DNA of 64,000 nt from Phycisphaerales bacterium (GTDB taxonomy: Bacteria; Planctomycetota; Phycisphaerae; Phycisphaerales; UBA1924): contig DASPKU010000002.1 of NCBI GenBank assembly GCA_035627955.1, positions 22,277 through 86,276 on the forward strand, read 5' to 3'. Shown one piece after another: positions 28,318 to 36,505 of this stretch. Made by a program: the position numbers and the translations under genes. The notes under the pieces were generated by a model. The model made no database searches and was not told the origin of the DNA. It saw only the letters and a program-made list of their open reading frames with translations. Numbering within the stretch: position 1 is the stretch's first letter; each line of letters begins with the position of its first letter.

Positions 28318-29847
28318 ATGACGCAGCACCACACGACCGACTCCGACCCGCAATTCCCCCACACCCCGCACGAGCCCGCACCCGAGACCCAGGCCCAGGT
28401 CCCCGACCCGCACACGCCCGAGGAGCTCGAGCGCCTGGCCACCCTCAAGAAGCACCGGGCCGAGGTCTTCGACGAGACCAAGACCTTCGCCGACCTGGGC
28501 ATCCGCAACAGCGTCCTCAAGGGCATCGAGGAGCTCGGGTTCAAGCACCCCACCCTCACCCAGAGCCAGCTCTGCCCGCCCATCATGGCCGGCGGCGACA
28601 TCCTCGGCCAGGCCCGCACCGGCTCGGGCAAGACGGCCGCGTTCTCGCTGCCGCTGCTCTGCAAGCTCAACAAGGACGACCCCTTCCAGGCCCTCATCCT
28701 CGCCCCCACCCGCGAGCTGGCCATCCAGATCACCGCCGAGATCGACGAGCTGGGCAAGCACACGCCCATCCGCGCCACCACCGTCTACGGCGGCCAGGCC
28801 GTGCGGACGCAGGCCGGCAAGCTCAGCAAGGGCTCGCACATCCTCGTCGGCACGCCCGGGCGCGTCATGGACATGCTCGAGCGCGGCATCATCCACTTCA
28901 ACAACATCCGCCACGTCGTCCTCGACGAGGTGGACCGGATGCTCGACATCGGCTTCCGCGAGGACATCCGCAAGATCCTCGAGAAGACCCCGCCCCAGCG
29001 GCAGACCGTCTTCGTCTCCGCCACCATCAGCCCCGACATCGAAAAGCTCGCCCGCCGCTACATGAAGGACCCGCAGAAGGTGGTCGTGCACTCGGGCTCC
29101 CTCACCGTGAGCCTCGTCGAGCAGCACTACCTCGCGGTCAACCCCTGGGACAAGAAGCGCCTCCTCCTGCACCTGCTCACCCACGAGGAGCCCGCCCTTA
29201 CCATCGTCTTCTGCCGCCTCAAGCGAACCGTCGACGAGCTCGCCACGGGCCTCACCCAGCGCGGCGTCGAGGCCCACGCGATCCACGGCGACATGCCCCA
29301 GGGCAAGCGCAACTCCACCATGAAGAAGCTCCGCGAGGGCCATCTCGCCGTGCTCGTCGCATCCGACCTCGCCAGCCGCGGCATCGACGTCGAGGACATC
29401 TCCCACGTCATCAACTTCGACCTGCCCGACGACCCCGAGGTCTACGTCCACCGCATCGGCCGCACCGCCCGCGCCGGCAAGAAGGGCGTCGCGTGGTCCT
29501 TCGTCACGCCCGAGCAGGGCGAGCTGCTGACCGAGATCGAGATGCTCATCAACGCGGAAATCCCGCGGATGGACTACCCCGACTTCAAGCCCAACCCCCG
29601 CCCCGAGGGCTACCGCGACCCGCTCCCCGGCGGCCGGCGCGAGGGCGGCCTCACCCTCGCCAACGGCCCCGCCGCCCCAGCAGCCGCGCCCGAGCAGAAG
29701 ACCAACCGCATCAAGGACTCGCTCAACCCCGACCTGCCCGTCGCCGAGCCCGACAAGGTCGACGAGACCAAGTTCCCCGGCGGCATCGTCCCCACGAAAC
29801 TCCCACCCAAGCGCCTCATCCGTGGCATCAAGAGCAACCGGCGCTAA
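28318..29847 (+). CDS. DEAD-box ATP-dependent RNA helicase
   Basis: Q motif (FADLGI..GF..PTLTQ), AQARTGSGKTAAF, PTRELA, VLDEVD (DEAD-box variant), SAT, HGDMPQ..R, and HRIGRTARAG. The ATG at 28318 is the only sensible start inside the 1219-aa track ORF. Confidence 0.9.
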   Translation: MTQHHTTDSDPQFPHTPHEPAPETQAQVPDPHTPEELERLATLKKHRAEVFDETKTFADLGIRNSVLKGIEELGFKHPTLTQSQLCPPIMAGGDILGQARTGSGKTAAFSLPLLCKLNKDDPFQALILAPTRELAIQITAEIDELGKHTPIRATTVYGGQAVRTQAGKLSKGSHILVGTPGRVMDMLERGIIHFNNIRHVVLDEVDRMLDIGFREDIRKILEKTPPQRQTVFVSATISPDIEKLARRYMKDPQKVVVHSGSLTVSLVEQHYLAVNPWDKKRLLLHLLTHEEPALTIVFCRLKRTVDELATGLTQRGVEAHAIHGDMPQGKRNSTMKKLREGHLAVLVASDLASRGIDVEDISHVINFDLPDDPEVYVHRIGRTARAGKKGVAWSFVTPEQGELLTEIEMLINAEIPRMDYPDFKPNPRPEGYRDPLPGGRREGGLTLANGPAAPAAAPEQKTNRIKDSLNPDLPVAEPDKVDETKFPGGIVPTKLPPKRLIRGIKSNRR

Positions 29848-29856
29848 TGCCCCCAA

Positions 29857-29949
29857 AAGAGCCGATCGCGCAAGCGATCGAACGCTGTCTCTTGGGTTCT
29901 CTCAAGGACTGAACCGCCCCCGAAGAGCCGATCGCGCAAGCGATCGAAC
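29857..29949. repeat. two identical 27-mers (aagagccgatcgcgcaagcgatcgaac), each a CGATCGC-GCAA-GCGATCG hairpin, 66 bp apart
   Basis: Copies at 29857-29883 and 29923-29949. A third, inverted and slightly diverged copy lies at 40725-40748. Confidence 0.85.
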
Positions 29950-29966
29950 TCTTCTCCGTGGCATCT

Positions 29967-30734
29967 CTACGCGCTCGCCAACACCCTCAACCCACCCCCC
30001 TCCGCCCCCCACACCGCCCCGCACTCCGGGCACCGCACCCTCCCATCCGCACCCACCATCCCCTGCAACTCATACCGGCAGCACCCGCACTCCCCCCGCG
30101 CGAGCCGCCGGCGCGCCACCGCCAGCCGCACATACGGCGGCGAGCCATAGGCCAGGAACGGCAGCAGCAGCCCCACGACCAGCGACAGCCCATTCAGAGC
30201 CACACCGTCCCAACGCACTTCGCGCACAAGCGCATTCCCGTTCCGCACCGACGCGGCCTGTTCCGGCATCGTCACCGCAAGCCGCCCCAGAAACAGCTCG
30301 CGCACCCGGGCAAGCTCGGCATCGCTCCACTCCTTCCCCGCCTTCAGCCCCAGCGGGTCCATGACGATCCAACGGCGAGACTCGTACCACGTCGGGTACC
30401 ACCGCCCGAAGACCTCGTCCACCTGCACATACTGCACGTCCAGCAGGTCGTACGCATTCTCCTGCGTCAGTCGCGATAGCCGGTCCCAGCTCATGAACTG
30501 CGGGTCCAGCACCTCGTACCCGCCGTCCCCCCTCCGCAGCACGAACACCTGCTCGGTGTACGTCGGATACCGCACCTGCCGCTTCCGGAACGGACCCAGC
30601 GAGCCGCGATCCCACGAGTCCGCGTAGTAGCAGCTCATCCCCACCAGCGCCAGCAGCAGCACCACCACCAGCGGGTTCCGCAGGTGCCACGTCCAGCGCT
30701 CAAACCGGTTCCGCGGCGGGCAAGGAGCCTTCAC
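29967..30734 (-). CDS. membrane protein with a C-terminal CxxCxYxLxG...CPECG zinc ribbon (paralog family)
   Basis: N-terminal TM (LVVVLLLALVGMSCYY), a second TM (LSLVVGLLLPFLAY), then ECGCCRYELQGMVGADGRVRCPECG. GTG start. Confidence 0.6.
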   Translation of the reverse strand: MKAPCPPRNRFERWTWHLRNPLVVVLLLALVGMSCYYADSWDRGSLGPFRKRQVRYPTYTEQVFVLRRGDGGYEVLDPQFMSWDRLSRLTQENAYDLLDVQYVQVDEVFGRWYPTWYESRRWIVMDPLGLKAGKEWSDAELARVRELFLGRLAVTMPEQAASVRNGNALVREVRWDGVALNGLSLVVGLLLPFLAYGSPPYVRLAVARRRLARGECGCCRYELQGMVGADGRVRCPECGAVWGAEGGGLRVLASA

Positions 30735-30798
30735 GCCACGATCCTAACCACCCCCACCATTCCACAGATCACACCCAACCTACCGATACACTCCCCTC

Positions 30799-31131
30799 GT
30801 GCCCGACCCGCACCCGCACAACCCCCACAACCACCTATCCGCCGACTACATCCGCAACGTCGCCCGCCTCTCGCGCCTCCAGGTCACCGACGCCGAGGTC
30901 CCCGAGCTCCAGACCCGCCTCTCCGCCGTCGTCACCTACGTCGACCGCCTCCGACGCCTCGATCTCGAGGGCGTCGAGCCGCTCGCCAACGTGGCGGACA
31001 CCGTCAACCGCCTCGACGCCGACACCCCCGCCCCCACCCTGCCCAATGACGTGCTGATGCGCATGGCCCCCGACGCCCTGCCGCCGTTCATCAAGGTCCC
31101 CAAAGTTCTCGACGAAGGAGGAGGCGCATGA
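30799..31131 (+). CDS. gatC: Asp/Glu-tRNA amidotransferase subunit C
   Basis: ...YIRNVARLSRLQVTDAEVPELQTRLSAVVTYVDRLRRLDLEGVEPL... is the typical GatC pattern. GTG start. gatA lies downstream. Confidence 0.85.
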   Translation: MPDPHPHNPHNHLSADYIRNVARLSRLQVTDAEVPELQTRLSAVVTYVDRLRRLDLEGVEPLANVADTVNRLDADTPAPTLPNDVLMRMAPDALPPFIKVPKVLDEGGGA

Positions 31132-31595
31132 CCGCCCCCATGACCGCGACCCGCACCGCCGCCACCATCACCACCGCCCTCGCCCTCACCCTCGCCGCAG
31201 GCTGCGAAAAGAAGCAGGCCCAGGCCGCCGCCCAGCAGCAAGCCCAGATCCGCGCCACCGAAGGCACCGCCACCGCCCAGAAGCGCTGGCCCGAGTTCCT
31301 CGAAGCCTTCAGCAAGGCCACCGACCACAGCTCCTTCAAGGTGAAGGCCACCATCCAGGGCAACGCCAACCAGACCGGCGAAGCGTGGGTGAACGTGCAG
31401 TCGGTCGTGGGCACCTCGGTCGCGGGCCCGCTGCTGGCCGACGCCGCGGGCCACAAGAAGGGCGACCGCGTCACCGTCACCGCCGACAAGGTGAAGGATT
31501 GGGCCTACACCGCAAACGGCAAGACCGTCGGCGACTTCACCGCCCCGCCCGTCGACCCCAACGCCCCCGCCGCCGATTCGAAGGCGAAGAAGTGA
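31128..31595 (+). CDS. lipoprotein with a DUF2314-like domain
   Basis: Lipobox LTLAAGC. GEAWVNVQSV..VAGPLLADAAGHKKGDRVTVTADKVKDWAY..NGKTVGDFT resembles the DUF2314 pattern (E.WV.V...G.L.N.P...G..V.....I.DW). ATGA overlap with gatC. Confidence 0.55.
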   Translation: MTAPMTATRTAATITTALALTLAAGCEKKQAQAAAQQQAQIRATEGTATAQKRWPEFLEAFSKATDHSSFKVKATIQGNANQTGEAWVNVQSVVGTSVAGPLLADAAGHKKGDRVTVTADKVKDWAYTANGKTVGDFTAPPVDPNAPAADSKAKK

Positions 31596-31602
31596 GCTGC
31601 CC

Positions 31603-33084
31603 GTGACAGGGCGCGTGACCAGGCCAGACGCCATCTCCACCGCCCGCGCCGTGCAGGCGCGGGAGGTCAGCGCTCTCGCCGTCGCCCAGCACTCCCTCGC
31701 CGCCCTCGAGCAGCACGCCCACCTCAACGCTTTCATCTCCACCTTCCCCGAGCGCACCCTCGCGGCCGCCGCCGACGTCGACCGTCGCGTCGCCATGGGC
31801 GAGCAGCTGCCCCTCGCCGGCGTGCCCATCGCCATCAAGGACAACATCTGCCTCGGCCCGCCCTACGGCGGCACCACCACCTGCGGCAGCCGCATGCTCG
31901 CGAAGTACGAATCGCCCTTCACCGCGACAGCGGTCCAGCGGCTCATCGACGCCGGCGCCGTGATCGTCGGCAAGACCAACATGGACGAGTTCGGCATGGG
32001 CTCCTCCACCGAACGCTCCCACTTCGGCCCCACCCGCAACCCCCACGCCCCCGACCGCGTCCCCGGCGGAAGCTCCGGCGGTTCCGCCGCGGCCGTCGCC
32101 GCCGGCATCGCCCCCGTGGCCCTGGGCTCCGACACCGGCGGCTCCATCCGCCAGCCCGCGTCCCACTGCGGCGTTGTCGGCGTCAAGCCCACCTACGGGC
32201 GCGTCTCGCGCTATGGGCTGGTCGCCTACGCCAGCAGCCTGGACCAGATCGGCCCGCTCGCCGCCACCGTCCGCGACGCGGCCCTCGTGCTCGAAGCAAT
32301 CTGCGGCATCGACCCCCACGACGCCACCGCGCACCAGCCCCCGCCAGGCCTGGTCGCCTGCCTCGATCAACCAATCGAAGGCCTGGTCGTCGGCATCCCC
32401 CGCCAGGCCCGTGGCCCCGGCAACAGCCCCGACATCACCCGCGTTCTGGACGAAACCGCCGTCCGCCTCCGCGAGCGCGGCGCCCGCGTTATTGACATCG
32501 ATCTGCCCCTGCTCGATGACGCGATCGCCGCGTACTACATCATCGCCCCCGCAGAGGCCTCATCGAACCTCGCCCGCTTCGACGGCGTCCGCTTCGGTCA
32601 CCGCGCCCAGCTGAAAGCAGGCGAAGGCCTCTACGAGCTCTACTGCCGCAGCCGCGCCGAGGGCCTCGGCCCCGAGGTCAAGCGCCGCATCATGCTCGGC
32701 ACCCACGTGCTCAGCAGCGGCTACTACGAGGCCTACTACAACACCGCCCTCAAGGTCCGCCGGCGCGTGCTCGACGACTTCAACGCCGCCTTCACCGGCC
32801 GCGCCGGCCACCCCGCCTGCCACGCCATCCTCATGCCCACCGCCCCCGGCCCCGCGTTCAAACTTGGCGAAAAGACCACCGACCCCCTCGCGATGTACCT
32901 CGAGGACGTCTACACGGTGGCCGTCAACCTCGCCGGCCTCCCAGCCGCCACAATCCCCTGCGGGCAGGCTGCCGTTGAAGGTGCCCGGCTCCCAGTCGGC
33001 ATGCAGCTCATCGCCCCCGCGTTTGACGAATGCACCCTGCTCCGCGTCGCGGCGATGATCGAAACCTCCGCAGCGGGCGTGTGA
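31603..33084 (+). CDS. gatA: Glu-tRNA(Gln)/Asp-tRNA(Asn) amidotransferase subunit A
   Basis: Amidase signature GGSSGGSAAAVAAG...GSDTGGSIRQPAS; full-length GatA-like architecture. Confidence 0.95.
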   Translation: MTGRVTRPDAISTARAVQAREVSALAVAQHSLAALEQHAHLNAFISTFPERTLAAAADVDRRVAMGEQLPLAGVPIAIKDNICLGPPYGGTTTCGSRMLAKYESPFTATAVQRLIDAGAVIVGKTNMDEFGMGSSTERSHFGPTRNPHAPDRVPGGSSGGSAAAVAAGIAPVALGSDTGGSIRQPASHCGVVGVKPTYGRVSRYGLVAYASSLDQIGPLAATVRDAALVLEAICGIDPHDATAHQPPPGLVACLDQPIEGLVVGIPRQARGPGNSPDITRVLDETAVRLRERGARVIDIDLPLLDDAIAAYYIIAPAEASSNLARFDGVRFGHRAQLKAGEGLYELYCRSRAEGLGPEVKRRIMLGTHVLSSGYYEAYYNTALKVRRRVLDDFNAAFTGRAGHPACHAILMPTAPGPAFKLGEKTTDPLAMYLEDVYTVAVNLAGLPAATIPCGQAAVEGARLPVGMQLIAPAFDECTLLRVAAMIETSAAGV

Positions 33085-33195
33085 TACCGCCAGTCCATAT
33101 GAAGCCCGCAAGGCAAGTGACGGGCCCGCGGCTCTATTCATGAGCCCACTCCCCCACACCGACCGACCCCAACCTCGTCTCCGCTAGAATCCGCC

Positions 33196-34326
33196 ATGGC
33201 CTACGCCGTGCTCGCCCGCCGTTACCGTTCCCAGGAGTTTGCCGAGGTGGTCGGCCAGCAGGCCATCGCCAACACCCTGGCCAACGCCATTAAGGCCAAC
33301 CGCGTCGCCCACGCCTACCTCTTCGTCGGCACCCGCGGCGTTGGCAAGACCACCATGGCCCGCCTCTTCGCCAAGGCCCTCAACGGCGGCTCCCCCGAGA
33401 TCGACGCCCTCATCATGAAGGGCCACGACACCGACGTCATCGAGATCGACGCCGCCAGCAACAACTCCGTCGAGCAGGCCCGCGAGCTGATCGCCAACTC
33501 CGTCTACAAGCCCCTCCGCGGCAAGTACAAGGTCTACATCATCGACGAGGTCCACATGCTCTCGACCGCGGCGTTCAACGCCCTGCTCAAGACCATGGAG
33601 GAGCCCCCCGAGCACGTCGTGTTCATCCTCTGCACCACCGAGACCCACAAGGTCCCCGCCACCATTCAGTCCCGCTGCCAGCGCTTCGACTTCCGCAATA
33701 TCCCTTCGTCGCTGGTCGCCGAGCACCTCACCCGCGTCATCAAGGACGAGAAGCTCACCGCGGACCCCGAGCTCGTGCACCTGGTCGCCCACCTGGGCAA
33801 CGGCTCGATGCGCGACTCTCTCACGCTGCTCGAACGGCTGATCGCCTCGGGCCAGACGCACCTCACAGTCAAGCTGCTGGAGGAGCTGCTGGGCCTGCCC
33901 GAGCGGAGCGTGTTGTCGGACCTCATTGACGCCCTCGCCAGCGGCGACCCGGCCGTCGCGCTCGCCAAGGGCGCCGACATGCTCTCGCGCGGGATCGGCA
34001 TCGACCAGCTGCTCGAGACCCTGCTGCACCGCCTCCGCGACCTGATGATCATCGCCGCGTGCGGCCCGCAGACGCCGCTGGTAGAGCTCTCGGACTCCGC
34101 CCGCAAGGACGAGGTCGAGCGGGCCGGCAAGTTCGACGCCGCGGGCCTGGTGCACATGATCGCCCTGTGCGAGAACGTGCAGCGGGCGGCGAAGAACTCC
34201 GCCGTGCCGCGGGCCCTGCTCGACGCCTTGCTGGTGCGATTGGCGATGACAGACAAGATCGCGGACATCACCGCCGTGATGGCCGGCGCCCCGCGCAACG
34301 GAGCCGCTCCAGCAAAAAAACGCTGA
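33196..34326 (+). CDS. dnaX: DNA polymerase III subunit gamma/tau, zero-frame product (gamma-length, domains I-III)
   Basis: AHAYLFVGTRGVGKTT Walker A, IIDEVHML, SRCQRF sensor. The frame ends ...APAKKR-TGA immediately after the A AAA AAA heptamer at 34314-34320. Confidence 0.9.
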   Translation: MAYAVLARRYRSQEFAEVVGQQAIANTLANAIKANRVAHAYLFVGTRGVGKTTMARLFAKALNGGSPEIDALIMKGHDTDVIEIDAASNNSVEQARELIANSVYKPLRGKYKVYIIDEVHMLSTAAFNALLKTMEEPPEHVVFILCTTETHKVPATIQSRCQRFDFRNIPSSLVAEHLTRVIKDEKLTADPELVHLVAHLGNGSMRDSLTLLERLIASGQTHLTVKLLEELLGLPERSVLSDLIDALASGDPAVALAKGADMLSRGIGIDQLLETLLHRLRDLMIIAACGPQTPLVELSDSARKDEVERAGKFDAAGLVHMIALCENVQRAAKNSAVPRALLDALLVRLAMTDKIADITAVMAGAPRNGAAPAKKR

Positions 34327-34928
34327 CGGCGACAGGTGTCCTGGGTGGCACCGGTCTCCCGACCGGTGTTCCAAAGCCTGCCGCCGTTCCCGCGCCTGCA
34401 CCCCTCGCCCCACGCCCCGCGGCCGCGCCACCCGCGATGCGCCCCGCCGCACCCACGCGCCACGAGGTCGAGGCCAAGCCGCCCATTTCCGGCGTCACGC
34501 GTTTGCCCGGCAACCTGCCTGAGGACCCCGTCGCCCTCTGGAACATGGTGACCGAGGCGTGCCAGAAGCAGCACCGCATGCGGATCCTGGTGGGCAGCCT
34601 CAAGCTCGTCACCAAGGACGAGCACAAGGCCGTGCTCGAGGTCTCCGACGAGATGCGGACCGCCGCCCAGTCCGCCGAGCGCGACCTGTGCACGCTGCTG
34701 AGCATCGCCTGGGGCCAGAACCTCGCTATCGAGCTCAAGACCGCCAGCGGCGAGAAGGTCGAGCCCCTCCCCAAACCCGCCGCTGCCACCACTTCGCCGG
34801 GCGCCGCACCCAACCCACCCGCCACGCCAACTACCCCCATTAGCGACCATCCGCTGATCAAGCAGGCCACCGAGCTCTTCGGCGCCAAGATCATCAGCAC
34901 CCAGCCGCGGAAGAAGCAGGGGGAGTGA
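34314..34928 (+). CDS. dnaX: dnaX tau-specific C-terminal region, readable only after a -1 shift at 34314-34320
   Basis: The -1 frame continues KKTLTATG...Pro/Ala linker...WNMVTEACQKQHRMRILVGSLKLV...DHPLIKQATELFGAKIIS. That is a typical tau domain IV/V and the conserved DnaX C-terminal tail. Confidence 0.7.
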   Translation, partial: KKTLTATGVLGGTGLPTGVPKPAAVPAPAPLAPRPAAAPPAMRPAAPTRHEVEAKPPISGVTRLPGNLPEDPVALWNMVTEACQKQHRMRILVGSLKLVTKDEHKAVLEVSDEMRTAAQSAERDLCTLLSIAWGQNLAIELKTASGEKVEPLPKPAAATTSPGAAPNPPATPTTPISDHPLIKQATELFGAKIISTQPRKKQGE

Positions 34929-34975
34929 AGCACAGCTCCCGGGCGGTTCAGCTGCTACTGCCGCTCGCCTGCCTC

Positions 34976-35400
34976 GGGCTCCGAAGGAGCCCCGGAGTGT
35001 TGCCACCAGTGGAGCAAGCGGCGCTTCGCCGCGAGCGCAACTGGTGGAAGGCAGGCCCCTCATATACCTTCCTTCCTTCGCATGCCGCTCCAACGGAGCG
35101 GCGGAGGGCCCAGGCCCCCGCCGCACGCCCCTGTCCTCCTCCCCCGCCCCCGCTCCAACGGAGCGCCGGAGTGTTGCCACCAGTGGAGCGCAGCCGCGCT
35201 TCGCGGCAAGCGCAACTGGTGGAAGGCAGGCCCACCCCTTACCTTCCTTTCTCTGCTTACCCGCTCCAACGGAGCGCCGGAGGGCCCAGGCCCCCGCCGC
35301 ACGCCTCTGTCCTCCTCCCCCGCCCCCGCTCCGAAGGAGCCCCGGAGTGTTGCCACCAGTGGAGCAAGCGGCGCTTCGCCGCGAGCGCAACTGGTGGAAA
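34976..35400 (+). repeat. array of three REP units of about 75 nt at a period of about 176 bp
   Basis: The units begin near 34976, 35151 and 35328. Each contains a GCTCC-GAAG/AACG-GGAGC hairpin, then CGGAGTGTTG, then CCACCAGTGGAGC...GCGCAACTGGTGG (an 8-bp stem enclosing an inner GCGGCG-CTTC-GCCGC hairpin). The inter-unit segments are also repeated. Confidence 0.85.
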
Positions 35401-35460
35401 ACAGCCCCCTCCATTACCCTCCCCCTTCCCATTGCGCTCCAACGGAGCGGCGGAGGGCCC

Positions 35461-35913
35461 ATGGCCGGCACATTCTCCCAGCTCCTGCTCCACGTTGTCT
35501 TCTCGACGAAACGCCGCGACCCCTGGATCACAGCCGAGATCGCACCAAGGCTCCATTCCTACATGGGCGGCATTGTGCGGGCCGAAAAAGGAACGGCCCT
35601 GAACATCAACGGCGTTGACGACCACGTGCACATGTACATCCGCTGGCGTCCCGACGTGTGCATCTCCGACCTCATGCGGGTGGTGAAGTCCCGCTCCTCA
35701 GCCTGGGTCCATGACGAGTTCCCCCGGCTCAGCCGCTTCGCCTGGCAGGAGGGCTACGCCGCGTTCACCGTGAGCAAGTCGCAGGAGCCGGCAGTCATGC
35801 GCTACATCGATACGCAAGCCGAGCACCACCAGAAGATGGACTTCCGCACGGAGTACCTGCAATTGCTGCGAGCGCATGACTGTGAGTTTGATGAGCGGTA
35901 TGTGTTCGACTGA
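35461..35913 (+). CDS. REP-associated tyrosine transposase (RAYT; IS200/IS605 Y1 HUH family)
   Basis: LLLHVVFSTKRRDPWI N-terminus, HUH motif DDHVHMYI, and catalytic Tyr motif RYIDTQ. 150 aa, flanked by REPs. Confidence 0.85.
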   Translation: MAGTFSQLLLHVVFSTKRRDPWITAEIAPRLHSYMGGIVRAEKGTALNINGVDDHVHMYIRWRPDVCISDLMRVVKSRSSAWVHDEFPRLSRFAWQEGYAAFTVSKSQEPAVMRYIDTQAEHHQKMDFRTEYLQLLRAHDCEFDERYVFD

Positions 35914-35916
35914 ACT

Positions 35917-35938
35917 CCTCCGCCCCTGAAGGGGCGGA
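35917..35938 (+). terminator. hairpin immediately after the RAYT stop
   Basis: ctccgcccc-tgaa-ggggcggag, a perfect 9-bp stem 4 nt after the TGA. No U tract follows (it is followed by agcaaaagaag). Confidence 0.4.
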
Positions 35939-35972
35939 GAGCAAAAGAAGACAGGGGTTTGGGGCGTGCCCA

Positions 35973-36048
35973 CCTTCCACCAGTTGCGCTCGCCGCGAAG
36001 CGCGGCGTCGCTCCACTGGTGGCAACACTCCGGGGCTCCTTCGGAGCC
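35973..36048 (-). repeat. REP unit in inverted orientation downstream of RAYT
   Basis: ccttccaccagttgcgctcgccgcgaagcgcggcgtcgctccactggtggcaacactccggggctccttcggagcc is the reverse complement of the upstream REP consensus. Confidence 0.85.
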
Positions 36049-36121
36049 GGGGACACAGATGCTGACTTAGAACCAAATTTCTGGCGCAAGCCCGCCCCCA
36101 GCCTCAGAGACGGCGCGCCAC

Positions 36122-36505
36122 CTACCTCACCACCTCATACCGCCCACCCTCAACCCCCAGGCGCCCCAGCACATCCGTCCGCGCATACAGCACCCGCCCG
36201 GCGCGGAGCGTCGCCGCGAACCCGAACTCCCCCGCCGACGCCTCCACGTGCAGCAGCCCCTCATCCGCCACAACAGCAGACGAACCCTCCGCGATCACAA
36301 CCTCGCGGGCACCATCGCTCAAAACAACCCGGCTCACCCCCGCTTCCAGCACCCACCGCAGCTCCACCTCACCATCCCCCGCCTCCACCGGCCACACGCG
36401 CGACGCCGCGTCGCGCGACACCGCCCACGCGACGGTCACCACGCGCTGCCGCTTGCGCGGCCCCCGCGTGCGCGGGCCCTTGGTGGCGCGGTTGACGGCG
36501 CTCAT
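36122..36505 (-). CDS. hypothetical protein
   Basis: 127-aa ORF overlapping the stop of the upstream regulator gene by 4 nt, with coding-like GC3. No family recognised. Confidence 0.45.
   Translation of the reverse strand: MSAVNRATKGPRTRGPRKRQRVVTVAWAVSRDAASRVWPVEAGDGEVELRWVLEAGVSRVVLSDGAREVVIAEGSSAVVADEGLLHVEASAGEFGFAATLRAGRVLYARTDVLGRLGVEGGRYEVVR

Larger units (their letters stand above)
34976..36048 (+). mobile_element. REPtron: RAYT gene flanked by REP sequences (three direct copies upstream, one inverted copy downstream)
   Basis: See the component features at 34976..35400, 35461..35913 and 35973..36048. Confidence 0.75.

Noticed and set aside
27130-29847. Methyltransferase plus divergent helicase as a restriction-modification or defence module
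   Set aside because: The helicase is a standard DEAD-box RNA helicase (Q motif, SAT, HRIGRTARAG) with a basic C-terminal tail and no nuclease domain. No endonuclease or specificity gene is present. The methylase is therefore treated as an orphan.
34976-35400. Possible CRISPR array (regularly spaced repeats, period about 176 bp)
   Set aside because: The repeat units are about 75 nt with nested hairpins, and the 'spacers' are themselves repeated between units. No cas genes are present. A RAYT gene lies adjacent, so this is a REP array, not CRISPR.
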